A stretch of 64,000 nt of DNA from Podarcis erhardii (taxonomy: Eukaryota). Below, piece by piece: positions 36,392-48,356 of the stretch. The stretch lies in assembly GCA_964252035.1 (NCBI GenBank), contig OZ176205.1, one strand, 5' to 3'. The position numbers and the translations under genes were made by a program. The notes beneath the pieces were generated by a model. That model was given only the letters and a program-made list of their open reading frames with translations, searched no databases and had not been told where the DNA came from. Numbering within the stretch: the stretch's first letter is position 1; each line of letters starts with the position of its first letter.

Positions 36392-36634
36392 ACCAAATTA
36401 GATTTTAAAGGCATGTCTTTACAGTATGGCATTCTAACCAATCAATTAGATGTTTGTTTGTTTTTAAAAAATCCTTCCCTTGTAACTGTACACACAGTGT
36501 CTCAGTTGTAACCTTCATCTGTTGAGAAAGACCTATAATGGGACTGAGCCATTGTGCCAGAAAAATAATCTGGAATTTCAGTTTTCTTTATTTAATGCTC
36601 TGGCACTTAATTTAAACTTTCTGTATTTAACCTA

Positions 36635-36860
36635 CAGTGGTACCTCAGGTTAAGTACTTAATTCGTTCCGGAGGTCCATACTTAACCTGAAACTGTTCTT
36701 AACCTGAAGCACCACTTTAGCTAATGGGGCCTCCTGCTGCTGCCGCACCTCTGGAGCACGATTTCTGTTCTCACCCTGAAGCAAAGTTTTTAACCCAAGG
36801 TAATATTTCTGGGTTAGCGGAGTCTGTAACCTGAAGCGTATGTAACCCGAGGTACCACTG
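36635..36860. mobile_element. pogo/Tigger-type MITE, family A
   Basis: CAGTGGTACCTC TIRs with TA TSD. Confidence 0.92.
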
Positions 36861-37513
36861 TATTTGCCACTGAAAAACTTAAACTTGTATGGTTAAATAA
36901 AATAATACAGTTTCACAATATAATGAGTCATTCAACAATCCAAATTGTTACATCCAAACTAGATGATCACTTAATCTACTAATTCGGAAGATGCTAAATG
37001 AATTGGGCTGAACCAAAGTAAAGAAGCCAGTTCAAAAGGTATTTCAAGTAAGTGTCATAAGACACACAATATACAATTACAGGAGAACATTTTATGTGGC
37101 TATTATAAACTAGTCAAGTTGCTGAAAATACAGGCAGTAACTGTGCAATCCGGGCATGTCTACTCAGAAGTTAGTCACACTGAGTTCACTGGGCCTTCCT
37201 CCCAGATAACCTCATGGTGGCCTCATAAGCCTGCAGGCAATTAAATACACTATAGCAGATTTGGAATCCCGCATATTTGTTATTGCAAATTGATTTTGGT
37301 TTCCCTCTTGGTGGGGTGCTTAACATTGAATGGTGGTCTGTGAGGAGCCCCAATTTGAAATAACAGGTTGGGTGCCTTCATGTATTCTTCTTGCATTGGA
37401 ATTCCATCCCAGATTTGTTCCAAGCAACTGAAGAAAAGTTTAAATGCAACTGTCCTGGTTATGATGGTTTCTGTCCATGGCTTCTGGCTGCAGATGGTTG
37501 ACTTGCTCTGATC

Positions 37514-37657
37514 ACAGAAATGTCAAGTTGGAAGGAACCCTGAGGATCATCTAGTTCAACCCCCTACAATGCAGGAATAGGTAGCTGTCCCATATGGCAA
37601 TTGAACCTGCAACCTTGGCTTTAGCAGCACCATGCTACAACCAACAGAGCTATCCAG
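37514..37657 (-). mobile_element. tRNA-Ile-derived SINE with CR1-type 3' tail
   Basis: The minus strand reads ggatagctctgttggttgtagcatggtgctgctaaagccaaggttgcaggttcaatt, like tRNA-Ile(AAT), then gcattgtagggggttgaactagatgatcc...ccttccaact. Confidence 0.75.
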
Positions 37658-38281
37658 ACAGTAAGAATGGATAGGTGAAGCAAGAGTCTAAGAGAACAGG
37701 GAAACAGGGCCAAGGGCCCGAGAAGGAAACATGCCAAGGGAAGTGAGTTGGGATACAAAGTGTTGACATTTAAGAGAGGAAGAAATTCAGGAGAGTAAGG
37801 GGGGGGGAGCTGGAGGGAGTGGGGAGAAAATGGGCAGAGGAGAGAGTTGTAGAATCGTATGGTGATTTGAAACAATCAGCCAGATATTTGGCTACAGGAC
37901 CTTAGTCTACTCTAATTTCCCCTGTTGCATAACAAGAATTAACAATAACTAGCCCAGAAGAATGTAAGGCCAGGGCATAGTATGCTCCAGCAGAACTTTT
38001 GTGCAGCTTTTCAAAGCAAAGCACCCTCACTCAGCACTTTTCACCACTTGTTCTCTCATTACGTATTAAATTTTTCCTGGCAAATTCTTGGTAACTTCGC
38101 AGGTCAAAGACTTGGCATTCAGCTCTGATCGCTTTCCAAAGTGTGTTTGAAATCTTAACCCCATAAACAATAACAAGAATATATGTTTTGTAGACTCTTT
38201 TTACCGGGAAACTTTTAAGATGCAAGCTTCAAATAGTTATTGTCTTGTTGTGGGAGCCAGACTTTCTAGTATATCTCACCT

Positions 38282-38372
38282 TTGTTGTTGTTGTTGTTGT
38301 TTAGTCATTTAGTCGTGTCCGACTCTTCATGACCCCATGGACTAGAGCATGCCAGGCACTTCTGTCTTCCAC
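38282..38372 (-). mobile_element. RTE-BovB 3' fragment
   Basis: (CAA)n tail and ttagtcgtgtccgactcttcatgaccccatggac, as at 25354. Confidence 0.85.
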
Positions 38373-39427
38373 ATATGTATATATATCTCATCTTTATCTG
38401 CGAGCTAATACAGAAATGTGGGCTTGGGCGCCTTCTGATTAACCAAAACATGGAAGAATGACTGTGGGCTGGAAAACCTGAATGAGCCTTCATAGCGTCT
38501 GCTGTGACGTCACAAACCACATTCTGCTGTTATAGTTACCGAAAGGTATTGGAATCCTGCGTATGGAGCTGGGTTAAATATTGTGAGAGTCACAGCTGAG
38601 GTGGGGGGGGGGAAATCACAGGAATAGTGGCATCAGTACATTTGCTGCAGAGGTTTAATGCAGAAAGGCGTTTTGGCTTTTAAGGGTAGAAATTAAGACT
38701 AATAAAGGGGGGAAAGGGCCGAGTGAGTTTGTAAGCTGTTGAAACATACTCCTGAAAAAGTGGTAAGATGCATTTTCCCATCGACTCTGCTTTTAAAAAC
38801 ACTAATTTTTTTTGCTCTTGTTTGTGGAGACATGGGATAGCTGCTTAGATAAACTTGCTCTAAAATATCTGAGACTGCATTATGGCCTCTGTCCCTTCGG
38901 TCAAGACAACTGCTGCCATACTTTCATTTTACTGGCAACTTTGGAAGGGGGGCAATTTATAAATATTTACAAATAGGTTTATTATATTTTACAAATATTC
39001 TTATGCTGGTTTTAACCAAGGTTGTGTGTGAGAAAGCTTTGATTTTTATATCTTTTGTAAGCTTGTTGTGCATGCTAACCGGCTAGCATCTTGACCCATG
39101 CAGTAAGATTTGTAAGAAGCTTACCATGTGGCATTTGGCCATCAGAATCCACTCCATTTTTTTGTTCCTTTAATGCTTCACAAAAATTTTGTAAGAATAA
39201 TCCTTGGTACTTCCAGGCCACTATACAATATATTGATTAACTAGCTTCCCTACAGTTGAATTTGACTGGACTTAACCATCCAGGTGTCCTTTAGCTAACT
39301 AGTTTCTGTCCTCATTCTGCCTCCCTCTTCCCCACCTCACAGTTAGTAAGCTGTTTCTGAAATGGATATTTATTGGAATACTTTTGTAGCATCATAACAC
39401 CAGCACCTAAGCAGCAATTGAAATAAT

Positions 39428-39533
39428 GGTAAAGGTAAAGGACCCCTGGATGGTTGAGTCCAGTCAAACTTGACTATAGGGTGCAACGCTCATCTTGCTT
39501 CAGGCCGAGGGAGCTGGCATTTGTTTGCAGAAG
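39428..39533 (-). mobile_element. Sauria SINE 3' fragment
   Basis: (ACCTTT)n tail and body match the copies at 42308 and 46167. Confidence 0.7.
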
Positions 39534-40228
39534 AGTAGTTATTATTCTATACAAAATGTTTCTGGTAATCCACCCGCGCTAAGGGTGCTGCTGTGTGTTA
39601 ACACTGACACTGCCTCCTGCAACAAACACATGGCATAATATATGAATGTTCGGGTCTTTAAGCATCCATGTTCACACTTCATGGAATACTGAATGGGCCA
39701 GTGTTCCTTCAAACTTGAATAAAGTTGTACAATGTGCACATTTCACATGTTTGCTGTTGGAAACACTGGTATAATTTCAGTGTCTCAGAGCAATCATTAT
39801 GTGTACCGCTATCCGGAAGACAGATATAGACAGCAGTAATTTGGGGAAATTAATTGGACTATTTGGATACATCTGATGCCTGGATTCCAGGCCTGGTTTG
39901 TAGGCCAATTTAGCCCACACGGGTTTCTTGTTGGTCCATGTGGCCTTTAGGACAGTGTATATATAGTACAGTACACAATCTGTGTGCCCTGATTTCTTAG
40001 GATTAGTGCAGGGGTCTCTCCTGGGGAAAGACATCTTTCTTGATCCCTTTCCAACCCCCTACTGCTTTTCACAATGTGTGTTCCAGTTACACAGTATAGC
40101 ACATAGCTGGCAGCATGGGGAACTGTTGCCTGGATGTCTGTTCTTATTAGGGATGGGCAAATGTGTTGGTTTTGGTTTCTCTCCATTTGTCATTTTTCGA
40201 AACTTAAGTTCAGTTCTCTATTTTATTT

Positions 40229-40230
40229 TT

Positions 40231-40273
<43 letters not shown>

Positions 40274-40274
40274 T
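40229..40274. repeat. (TTTA)n microsatellite within an old TIR-like repeat (about 40149-40560)
   Basis: The microsatellite is read directly. The host repeat resembles 43925-45040. Confidence 0.85.
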
Positions 40275-42307
40275 AAGAGGTGCTCATGATCATTTGTCTG
40301 CAAAATTTACCTAACGTGCACATTTTAAATGTAATTTTACCCAATATGCACGTTTTTGCAAGCACTTTTCATTAAAATGCATTTTTGTAAGTTGTTTTCA
40401 CTAATAATGTGCATTTTATGCATGATTTACCCTAGCAGATGCATTTTTGAACATATTACTCCGGTGGTGAGCTGAGTTGCAAAATTCGAAGGACTGTTTT
40501 GTTTTGTTTTGCATATTGCCTTTGAACGTGAACTTCTTTGAATTTTTCCCTACCTTTTAGTGACACAACTGAGAACCTCTCATTTCCTACAAGGACATCT
40601 GGTGTCCCTTGTCAATTAAGAGGTTTAACTTTTAAAATTTGTGCAGATGTAGGTTTTATTACGGCAACTGCAGTTTGTGCTCAGTCACTAGAAGTACTTG
40701 AAACCTCTGCCACAGTCCTTTAGCCCATCAATTTTTCCAACAAGAGGCAAAGCATGAGTGTCATGTGTTGCTGTTTGAACATAAGCGACATGATGCTGAG
40801 AATAAGTAAGTCTGGGTGTGGTTGGTGCTTGGGTGGGAGGCTTCCTATAAAGTTGACTTATACTGAGTCTACAACAATAATAAACTAGGCAGACCAGTTT
40901 GCCTCGGGAATGAGAATCCTATGCAAACTTCCCCATGCTCTTGGACTCCAGCTCCCATCAGCCCCAGACATCATGGCCAGTAGTTAGGGATGATGGGGAC
41001 TGTAGTCTAGGAACATCTGGAGAGCCATATATTCCCAGGATTGACTAGTGCAGTATGGGAAAATCATTGAGCTAGCTGACATGAGCTGGGGCAGGGCAGG
41101 GTTATAAAGAGGTTGGAGCTGCAAAGATGCTCCAGCAGAGCCAAGCCAATGCTCCTGCTGGTGAATTTGCACAGCCCTGACCTGACTGCCACCCTGCCGC
41201 AGCCCAGCCCAGCCCTGTCCAGATAAGCTGCAGGGACAGTGGTGCCGAGAGGGAAGCCCCTCCCCACAACTGACTGTCACTGCCGGTTCCTCATTCTTGG
41301 CAGCAAATAGCCAGGTTTTCAAACAAGAATCTTTCCCAGTCTCCTTTTTCAACCTTTAGAATGGACAAAAATCTCAATATTCTGGCAGGTGTATTAATTT
41401 TGGAAGTTTGAAGTAAAGCTGATTGTTTTCTTCTTTTCATTTTATTATATCGTGGATTTTTCTTTAAAGAAATGAATTATCTTAAAGGTTTCTTTCCCTG
41501 TATTGTGTGCATTCTTTTGTGTGTGAGAGTTTTACATTTGGGTATACATCTGTCTTTGACTTTAGCCTCAGTCTTTTAAAGGAAACTGTTTTAAGCAATT
41601 TACCAGTTCTGAACAGATAGAATTGACTTGCCGCTTTGAAGAGAGGAAGCCTATAGTGGAAAGCCAAGCAGAAGACCTATATATAGCCACTGGTTGTAAC
41701 GGTGTTGGTTTGGTGGTTGTGATTGCTTCTCTAAACAATTTCCTGGCTAGTTGATTGTGGCATTTGGAACCTTTAGCACACAGATGACACGGTTCTGCTG
41801 CTGATCAGTATCTGAGTGATTAATGCTTATTCATTTAAATTTTTTCTGGATGCTCCCAAATGAATTATCTGTGAAACGTAATTGGCCATCATGGTAAAAT
41901 GGAACTCCAGTAGCCTTCATTCACACATAATACTAAATCATAGTTTAGCACTACATGGATGAGATTCCATGAGGCTTGAGTGAAGTGTCAGGTTCACACA
42001 TTCCCCCCACATAGGATAGGTAGCTGCCATGTACCAAGTCAGAACCGTTGGCCCATCTAGCTTAGAATTGTCTACACTGACTGGCAGCAGATCTTTATGG
42101 TTTCCAGTGGGACATTCCCAGCCCTACCTGGAGAAGACTCAGTATAAGTTTAGTTTTGCTTTCAAAGGATCTTGGCTTAGTGTTAGGGATTGCAGTTTAC
42201 AACATGGATTATGAATATGGCCTGTTTAACCATTGATTGTTGTACTCAGGATTGCTTGCTGCTGTGGGTCTAAAGGTATTTACTAACAATATCATTTATA
42301 ATGGATA

Positions 42308-42649
42308 AAGGTAAAGGTAAAGGGACCCCTGACCATTAGGTCCAGTTGTGACCGACTCTGGGGTTGCGGCACTCATCTCACTTTATTGGCCGAGGGAGCC
42401 GGCGTACAGTTTCCGGGTCATGTGGCCAGCATGACTAAGCCGCTTCTGGCAAACCAGAGCACGGAAATGCCGTTTACCTTCCCGCCAGGGTGGTACCTAT
42501 TTATCTACTTGCACTTTGACGTGCTTTCGAACTGCTAGGTTGGCAGAGGCAGGGACCGAGCTCAACCCCTCGCGGGGATTCGAACTGCCAACCTTCTGAT
42601 CGGCAAGTCCTAGGCTCTGTGGTTTAACCCACAGTGCCACCCATGTCCC
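42308..42649 (-). mobile_element. full-length Sauria SINE
   Basis: Head and tail both present, with 12-bp TSD TTATAATGGATA at 42296-42307 and 42650-42661. Confidence 0.93.
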
Positions 42650-42793
42650 TTATAATGGATAGTTACAGGGAAAAAAACTATTGGCCATGCCATGATAAAA
42701 AAGTGGATTCCTGGAGGCTGCAGTGGGGGAAAGAAGAGGAGGACAGAACTTCAGAACGGATGAAACAAACTCTGATTCTTAGGCTAGGATGCT

Positions 42794-42804
42794 TCTCTCT
42801 CTCT

Positions 42805-42858
<54 letters not shown>
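42794..42858. repeat. (CT)n(CA)n compound microsatellite
   Basis: Direct reading. Confidence 0.95.
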
Positions 42859-44091
42859 AATATGCAGGGATTAGTGTTTTTTATTGAAGCATCCTTTCTT
42901 CTCCCACTTCCAGTATCCTGAAGTGATGCAATCCCAACCAGGAGGGCTAGACTGCATGCTTCTATGAAAAAAGAGATTTGTCTGCCTCAAAGTATCCTAT
43001 GAATGAATATTCTAAGGGGCTGCAGAGATGTGCCTGATTTTTCAGACATATTGTATCCTGAGGGTCTTGGTGGTTCATTTCAGTTTCATTGAAACTGGCA
43101 GAACTTAGCGCATGCTTTTAAAAAGTTGCCTAGAAATTTATTAATGCAATAACGGTCTCTTTATTACTTCCAGGGCTAAATCGGGATTGCAGCTGTCAGG
43201 ACAAAATATATTATGATGCCTAAAAGGAAAGAGAAGTAAATACAAAGTGATGCATTAAGAAAACATTGGCGATTTTTCAGGTATGCATTGGTCTTGGTAT
43301 TTTTTTACTTGGCTCTCATACGTAGGGTCATTGCAGCTTTTAATGTAAAGGTCATGTATGCCAGTGATGCAGCTGTAAAGACTTTGGAGCATGAGCTCAT
43401 TATGACACCAGCCCCATAGCCATGACCCTAAGGAGAGTTGAAAAATGTAGGCCACGGTGTATGCACACCCACATCCCAGCAGCACTATAGCACAATGCCC
43501 AGTCTTAGCTCACAGTCATAGACTTAGCATGAATATGTAAGCATCAAGGGTTCCCGGAGAGGCAATCACAGCCACTGTACTCCTTCCCCGGACCTTCTGC
43601 TGCTGCAGCACTGTAATCTCAGCCATGATTTGGCTTTTTATGTTGCCCAAACCTGGGCTCATGATTTGTCTCTTTCAGGCGAACAATGAGCTGTAAATCC
43701 AAAAATCAAACATGATTTGCTTAAGTGTTGTATCAGTTCATAGAAGAGAGCATAGGTGCCAACTCCCTGGGTGCCTGAGCATCAACAAAATTCCCAATGA
43801 AGGGGCTGGGCACCCACAAATTTTGGTGCCAGGGCCATGTTGCATGGCACCCAAGGCCCTCGGCACCCATGGTCGTGGGTCCTGGAAGAGAGAGATAGTG
43901 TTGTGTTTAGCACATTGGACTTCATCTAGGAGTGTGAGAGAAATTAGTTTCAGTTTGCATTTAAATGCAGTTCACAGTTTCTGAAACAATATGCAAACTG
44001 AAATACAGCCGTCCTTCAAAATTCACATTTTTCTGAATTTTGCAGTAGCTTTAAAAAAAGTGTACTAAAATGCACAAACCAGGGTAAAAAT

Positions 44092-44536
44092 TGTCAGGAG
44101 CTTGTCCTACTCTCAAGTAGAACCTTGGCAGAGACACATGCCCGACTGGCATGTTCCCTCCCTCCTGGTCGATCGTTCAGGAGCTTCAAAAGCTTTCCTA
44201 TGCCTGAACATCACAGTGACCGATGCCAACAGACACCGGCACACGTAGGGATCCGCAGAGTCTTTGCAGCTTGCGTAACAGACCTCAGCAATGCAGCATT
44301 TTGGCTAATCTGCTTTATTTACATATAAACACACACGGAGCACTGCAACATGGCTCCCTCTCTCTCTAGCCTCAGACAGCAAAGAGAATGAACAAAGGAA
44401 AATCATCCCACTTCACGGAACACAGTAACACAAACATCCTGTCTCCGTCACTTCCCACTCTGTGGAGTCAAAACATACACTGTCATGTGAAAGACAACAA
44501 TCCCATGACTGAAATCACAGAGCTGGAATTCTAACA
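44092..44536 (-). mobile_element. solo LTR (superfamily undetermined)
   Basis: TG...CA termini (TGTCAG / CTAACA), 5-bp TSD AAAAT at 44087-44091 and 44537-44541, AATAAA on the minus strand near 44315, length 445 bp. Confidence 0.75.
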
Positions 44537-44577
44537 AAAATGTGCATAAAAATTAGTGGAAATAACATACAAAAAGA

Positions 44578-44858
44578 CAGTGGAATCTCTATTTGCGACC
44601 ATAATCCGTACCGGAGGTCCGTCCAGAGGTCAAAACGGGTTGCTGGGAGAGGCACTGTTGTGCGCAAGTGCAGGCAGCGATTGGCCACTTCTGTGCAAAT
44701 GTGAATGGCAATTGTCCGCTTCTGCGCATGCGCGAATGGCGATCGCCGCTCCTGCGCATGTGTGAATGGTGGCAAACCTGCCAGTTACTTCCGGGTTTGC
44801 CACAGTTGCAACTTGGAATGACCACAAGAAGAGGCGGTGGTAAGTAGAGGTTCAACTG
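44578..44858. mobile_element. pogo/Tigger-type MITE, family E
   Basis: Termini CAGTGGAATCTCTA / TAGAGGTTCAACTG, right flank TA, internal repeats of about 30 bp. Confidence 0.75.
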
Positions 44859-45469
44859 TACATTATATTGGGTAAAATTGGCTTTCAAAAATATGTATAT
44901 TGAATAGAAAGATGTGTACATTAGGGAAATTTACTCAGAATGCTAAAGAGTTTTTCTGAGGATTTTTTAGAATTGCAAACTGATGTGGATTTGTGGCAAA
45001 GCAAATTTGAACTAGGGACAATGAGAAAGGGAGTGAACCAGAGCTATATATATATCAAGCGACCTACCTGCTCAACTGCTGGAGAACTGGAAAAAACATA
45101 AACACTAAAGTCCTGTCATGCACAAGCTGCCATTTCAGATGCCAGTGAGGCTCATTTGAACTGTTTAAAACAGACTGTTGTATAACTGTGTTAGTTTCTA
45201 ACATAAATTTAATGTAAAGAACAGACCATTAAATGCCTTTTAAAACAGCACAGCAAAGGTTATTGCCAGTAAAGGAGTGAACACAGCATGTTCTATATTC
45301 CAACCTTCCCACCCTCAGCCAGACTCACAATGCTGGCAATTATAGTTCCTGCAGATGATAGCATCATTCCTTCTATGGAAAAAGTACAGGAGATGTCCTC
45401 CCCTTTGCTGCACCAGTGAAATATACTGTACTACACAAGTGAAATACGGTACACACAAATATTGCAGTA

Positions 45470-45711
45470 CAGTGGTACCTCAGGTTACATACGCTTCAGG
45501 TTACATACGCTTCAGGTTACACACTCCACTAACCCAGAAATAGTGCTTCAGGTTAAGAACTTTGCTTCAGGATAAGAACAGAAATCGGGCTCCAGCAGTG
45601 TGGCAGCAGCAGGAAGCCCCATTAGCTAAAGTGGTGCTTCAGGTTAAGAACAGTTTCAGGTTAAGAACGGACCTCCAGAACGAATTAAGTACTTAACCTG
45701 AGGTACCACTA
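45470..45711. mobile_element. pogo/Tigger-type MITE, family A
   Basis: CAGTGGTACCTC TIRs with TA flanks. Inverted relative to the copy at 34177. Confidence 0.92.
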
Positions 45712-46166
45712 TATATCAGCGTTCTTGTTATATGTGTCCCCCCTTTTTTATAGTCGCTATATTCCAATATTTGAAAATTATTATGTAATGAGAGAATCTC
45801 CACCTATTTCAACCAAACTTATCAACTAACTGAAAATTAAGCTGCTGCCTTTGCTGTTGATGTGCCCCTGTTGTGTCTCCTAGCCTTTAACTCTCCCTCA
45901 GACAAGCCATGGGACTGGTGGGAGGGGGGAGTTGCATGGAAAGGAGAGAAAGTATCTGAAACTGGTAAATGTGATTCTGCCTATTTCCCCTTCTTTCCTC
46001 TCCTGTACAAAGGTAATTTCTCCTTTTAAGATGCACTGGAGAAACCCCAGTTATTAAATTATCCTCCTAGGACAGTATGAACAGGCTCTGTCTCTCCCCC
46101 ACCTCCCATTTTTGGTAGTATTTGAAGGTGTTTTTTTAAAAAAATAATCAGATTTTTTTGCACTTA

Positions 46167-46538
46167 GTAAAAGGTAAAGGTAAAGGACCCCTGACAGTTA
46201 AGTCCAGTTGCGAACGAATCTGGGGTTGCGGCGCTCATCTCGCTTTACTGGCCGAGGGAGCCGACGTTTGTCCACAGACAGTTTTTCCAGGTCATGTGGC
46301 CAGCATGACTAAGCCGCTTCTGGCGAAATCAGAGCAGCACATGGAAACACCATTTATCTTCCCGCCGGAGCGGTACCTGTTTATCTACTTGCACTTTGAC
46401 ATGCTTTCGAACTGCTAGGTTGACAGGAGCTGGGACCGAGCAATGGGAGCTCACCCCATTGCAGGGATTCGAACCGCCAACCTTCCAATCGGCAAGCTCT
46501 AGGCTCAGTGGTTTAGACCACAGCGCCACCCGTGTCCC
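46167..46538 (-). mobile_element. full-length Sauria SINE
   Basis: Head and tail present, with TSD tttt(t/a)tgcactta. Confidence 0.92.
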
Positions 46539-46699
46539 GTTTTTATGCACTTACTTGAGAATAAATAACATTGAGTCCAGTGGGATTCACTTCTGAGTAA
46601 ACAAGCTTAGAATTGCAGTGCATGCCTGCTGCTTTTGGGTGAGTGTATGTGATTTTTCATGCCCACTAAATGCTTCAAATGTGTTTATATTGTACTGTA

Positions 46700-47514
46700 T
46701 ATTGTACTGTATATTGTACTGTACTACACAAGTGAAATACCCCCCCCCTTTATCTTGGGTTTATTTTAATGGCTTTTTACTTGGGATTCTGGTTATAGTA
46801 TTTCCAAGGGGAAAGCTCCGGTTTATCATTTAATCTACCACCTGTGTGAATCATCGGCTGAAAGACTGCTCAAGGTCATAGTGGTGGTGCAAAAATCAAC
46901 TTAGTAGCTGCAGCTGCATTGTCTTCCAGCACGTATACCCTCTAGTGCTGGGGAAAATAGGCCCTGGGGCTTGATTGGCTAATGGGAAATCTAGCAATCT
47001 ACCCTCCTGTGTCTAGGCCTTTTGGTATATAAAAAACCTGGCCATTGACTTGGTTCTGGGGCCGCATTCAGATGAAGGATCATGTTGCTATGTAACCATG
47101 TTTGTCTGGATGCAGTTTGCTGGTGCTCCTGTGACTCTAACGGTTGGTATTAGGATGAGGCAAGTAGTTTTGGTCTGTACCCAAAATGTCGGAAGGGTCT
47201 TTCATTGCTTAAACCACAACTTTAGTATAAAAGGGTTGTCTTTGCTGTCTCTTAATAAAGCATTTGTCTTTATTGGTGTGGTTTCTCTGGCACCTGCCTG
47301 CTTTGCTTGGTGATCGCTACTGAGTACCTTGGGGGCTTGGAAGGCAAGGGGTGGGTCATTGTCTCTTGCCTGGCTGAATCCCAAAGGGTGTCCAAAAACA
47401 GATCTGAGTGTTCCCTGACTCAGATATGGGGGGGCTTTTCAGGGCTGGTGTTGGTTTTCCCTGGGCATTATTTGGTTAGCTAACTCCCTCCCTAAGCAGC
47501 CTCCAAATCTTACA
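46700..47514 (+). mobile_element. putative LTR-like element
   Basis: ATTGG box near 46975, TATATAAA near 47027, AATAAA near 47255 and a ...TTACA end. The 5' end and TSD are not resolved. Confidence 0.4.
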
Positions 47515-47779
47515 GATGCATTTTGGGATTCTGTATGGCTTGATATTGTACGGTATCTCTGCTAGACTCCCATCTGACACTTCCTGTCTTGTTGTGTATT
47601 TCTCTTCTGGGAAAAGAAATCCTTGCTTCAGGTGCAAACAGTCTTGGGTGACCTCCAGCTACACACCTGCACTTTCATTTGTTTTATATCAGTTGTTTGC
47701 ATGCAGCATTAAGCCCTTCCAAGGATATGTCTGCTGTGGGAAGCAAAATTTCCTGGCAAAAGCTGCCAATCCCCAATTA

Positions 47780-47935
47780 GCCATGAAATGCACTGGGTGA
47801 CTTTGGGCCAGTCACTGCCCCTCAGTCTAACCTTCCTCACAGGGTTGTTGTGAGGATAAAATGGAGAGGAGGAGAACTATATACGTACATCACCTTGAGC
47901 TCCATGGAGGAAAGGTGGTATATAAATGCAATAAG
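47780..47935 (+). mobile_element. old MIR/Ther1-like SINE fragment
   Basis: gggtgactttgggccagtcact...cctcacagggttgttgtgaggataaaatgg. Confidence 0.65.
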
Positions 47936-48031
47936 TCAATAACAACTTTTTTTTCCAGTAGACAAGTTGCTTGTTAGGAGAGGGAGCTTCTTCAGAGAGC
48001 ATGCCTTCCATGCTTCATAAGAAATTAGGTA

Positions 48032-48356
48032 CAGTGGTGCCTCGCAAGACGAAATTAATCCGTATAGCAGTTTTTTCGTCTTGCGAAGCAAGCCCATTGA
48101 CAGTTTAGCGGATTAGCGCTATTAGCAGTTTAGCGGCTTTTAGCGGATCAGCTGTTAAGCGGCTTATCAGCGGATCAGCTGATAAGCGGCTTAGCGGCTT
48201 AGGAAAAGGGGGGGAGGGGAAAAACTCGCAAGACATTTCGTCTTGTGAAGCAAGCCCACAGGGAAATTCGTTTTGCGAAGCGCCTCCAAAATGGAAAACC
48301 CTTTCGTCTAGTGGGTTTTCCGTCTTGCGAGGCGTTCGTCTTGCGGGGCACCACTG
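48032..48356. mobile_element. pogo/Tigger-type MITE, family D
   Basis: TIRs CAGTGGTGCCTCGCAAGACGAA / TTCGTCTTGCGGGGCACCACTG with TA TSD. Confidence 0.9.

Noticed and set aside
37585-37657. tRNA-Ile gene
   Set aside because: Degenerate and fused to a CR1-type tail, so it is a SINE head.
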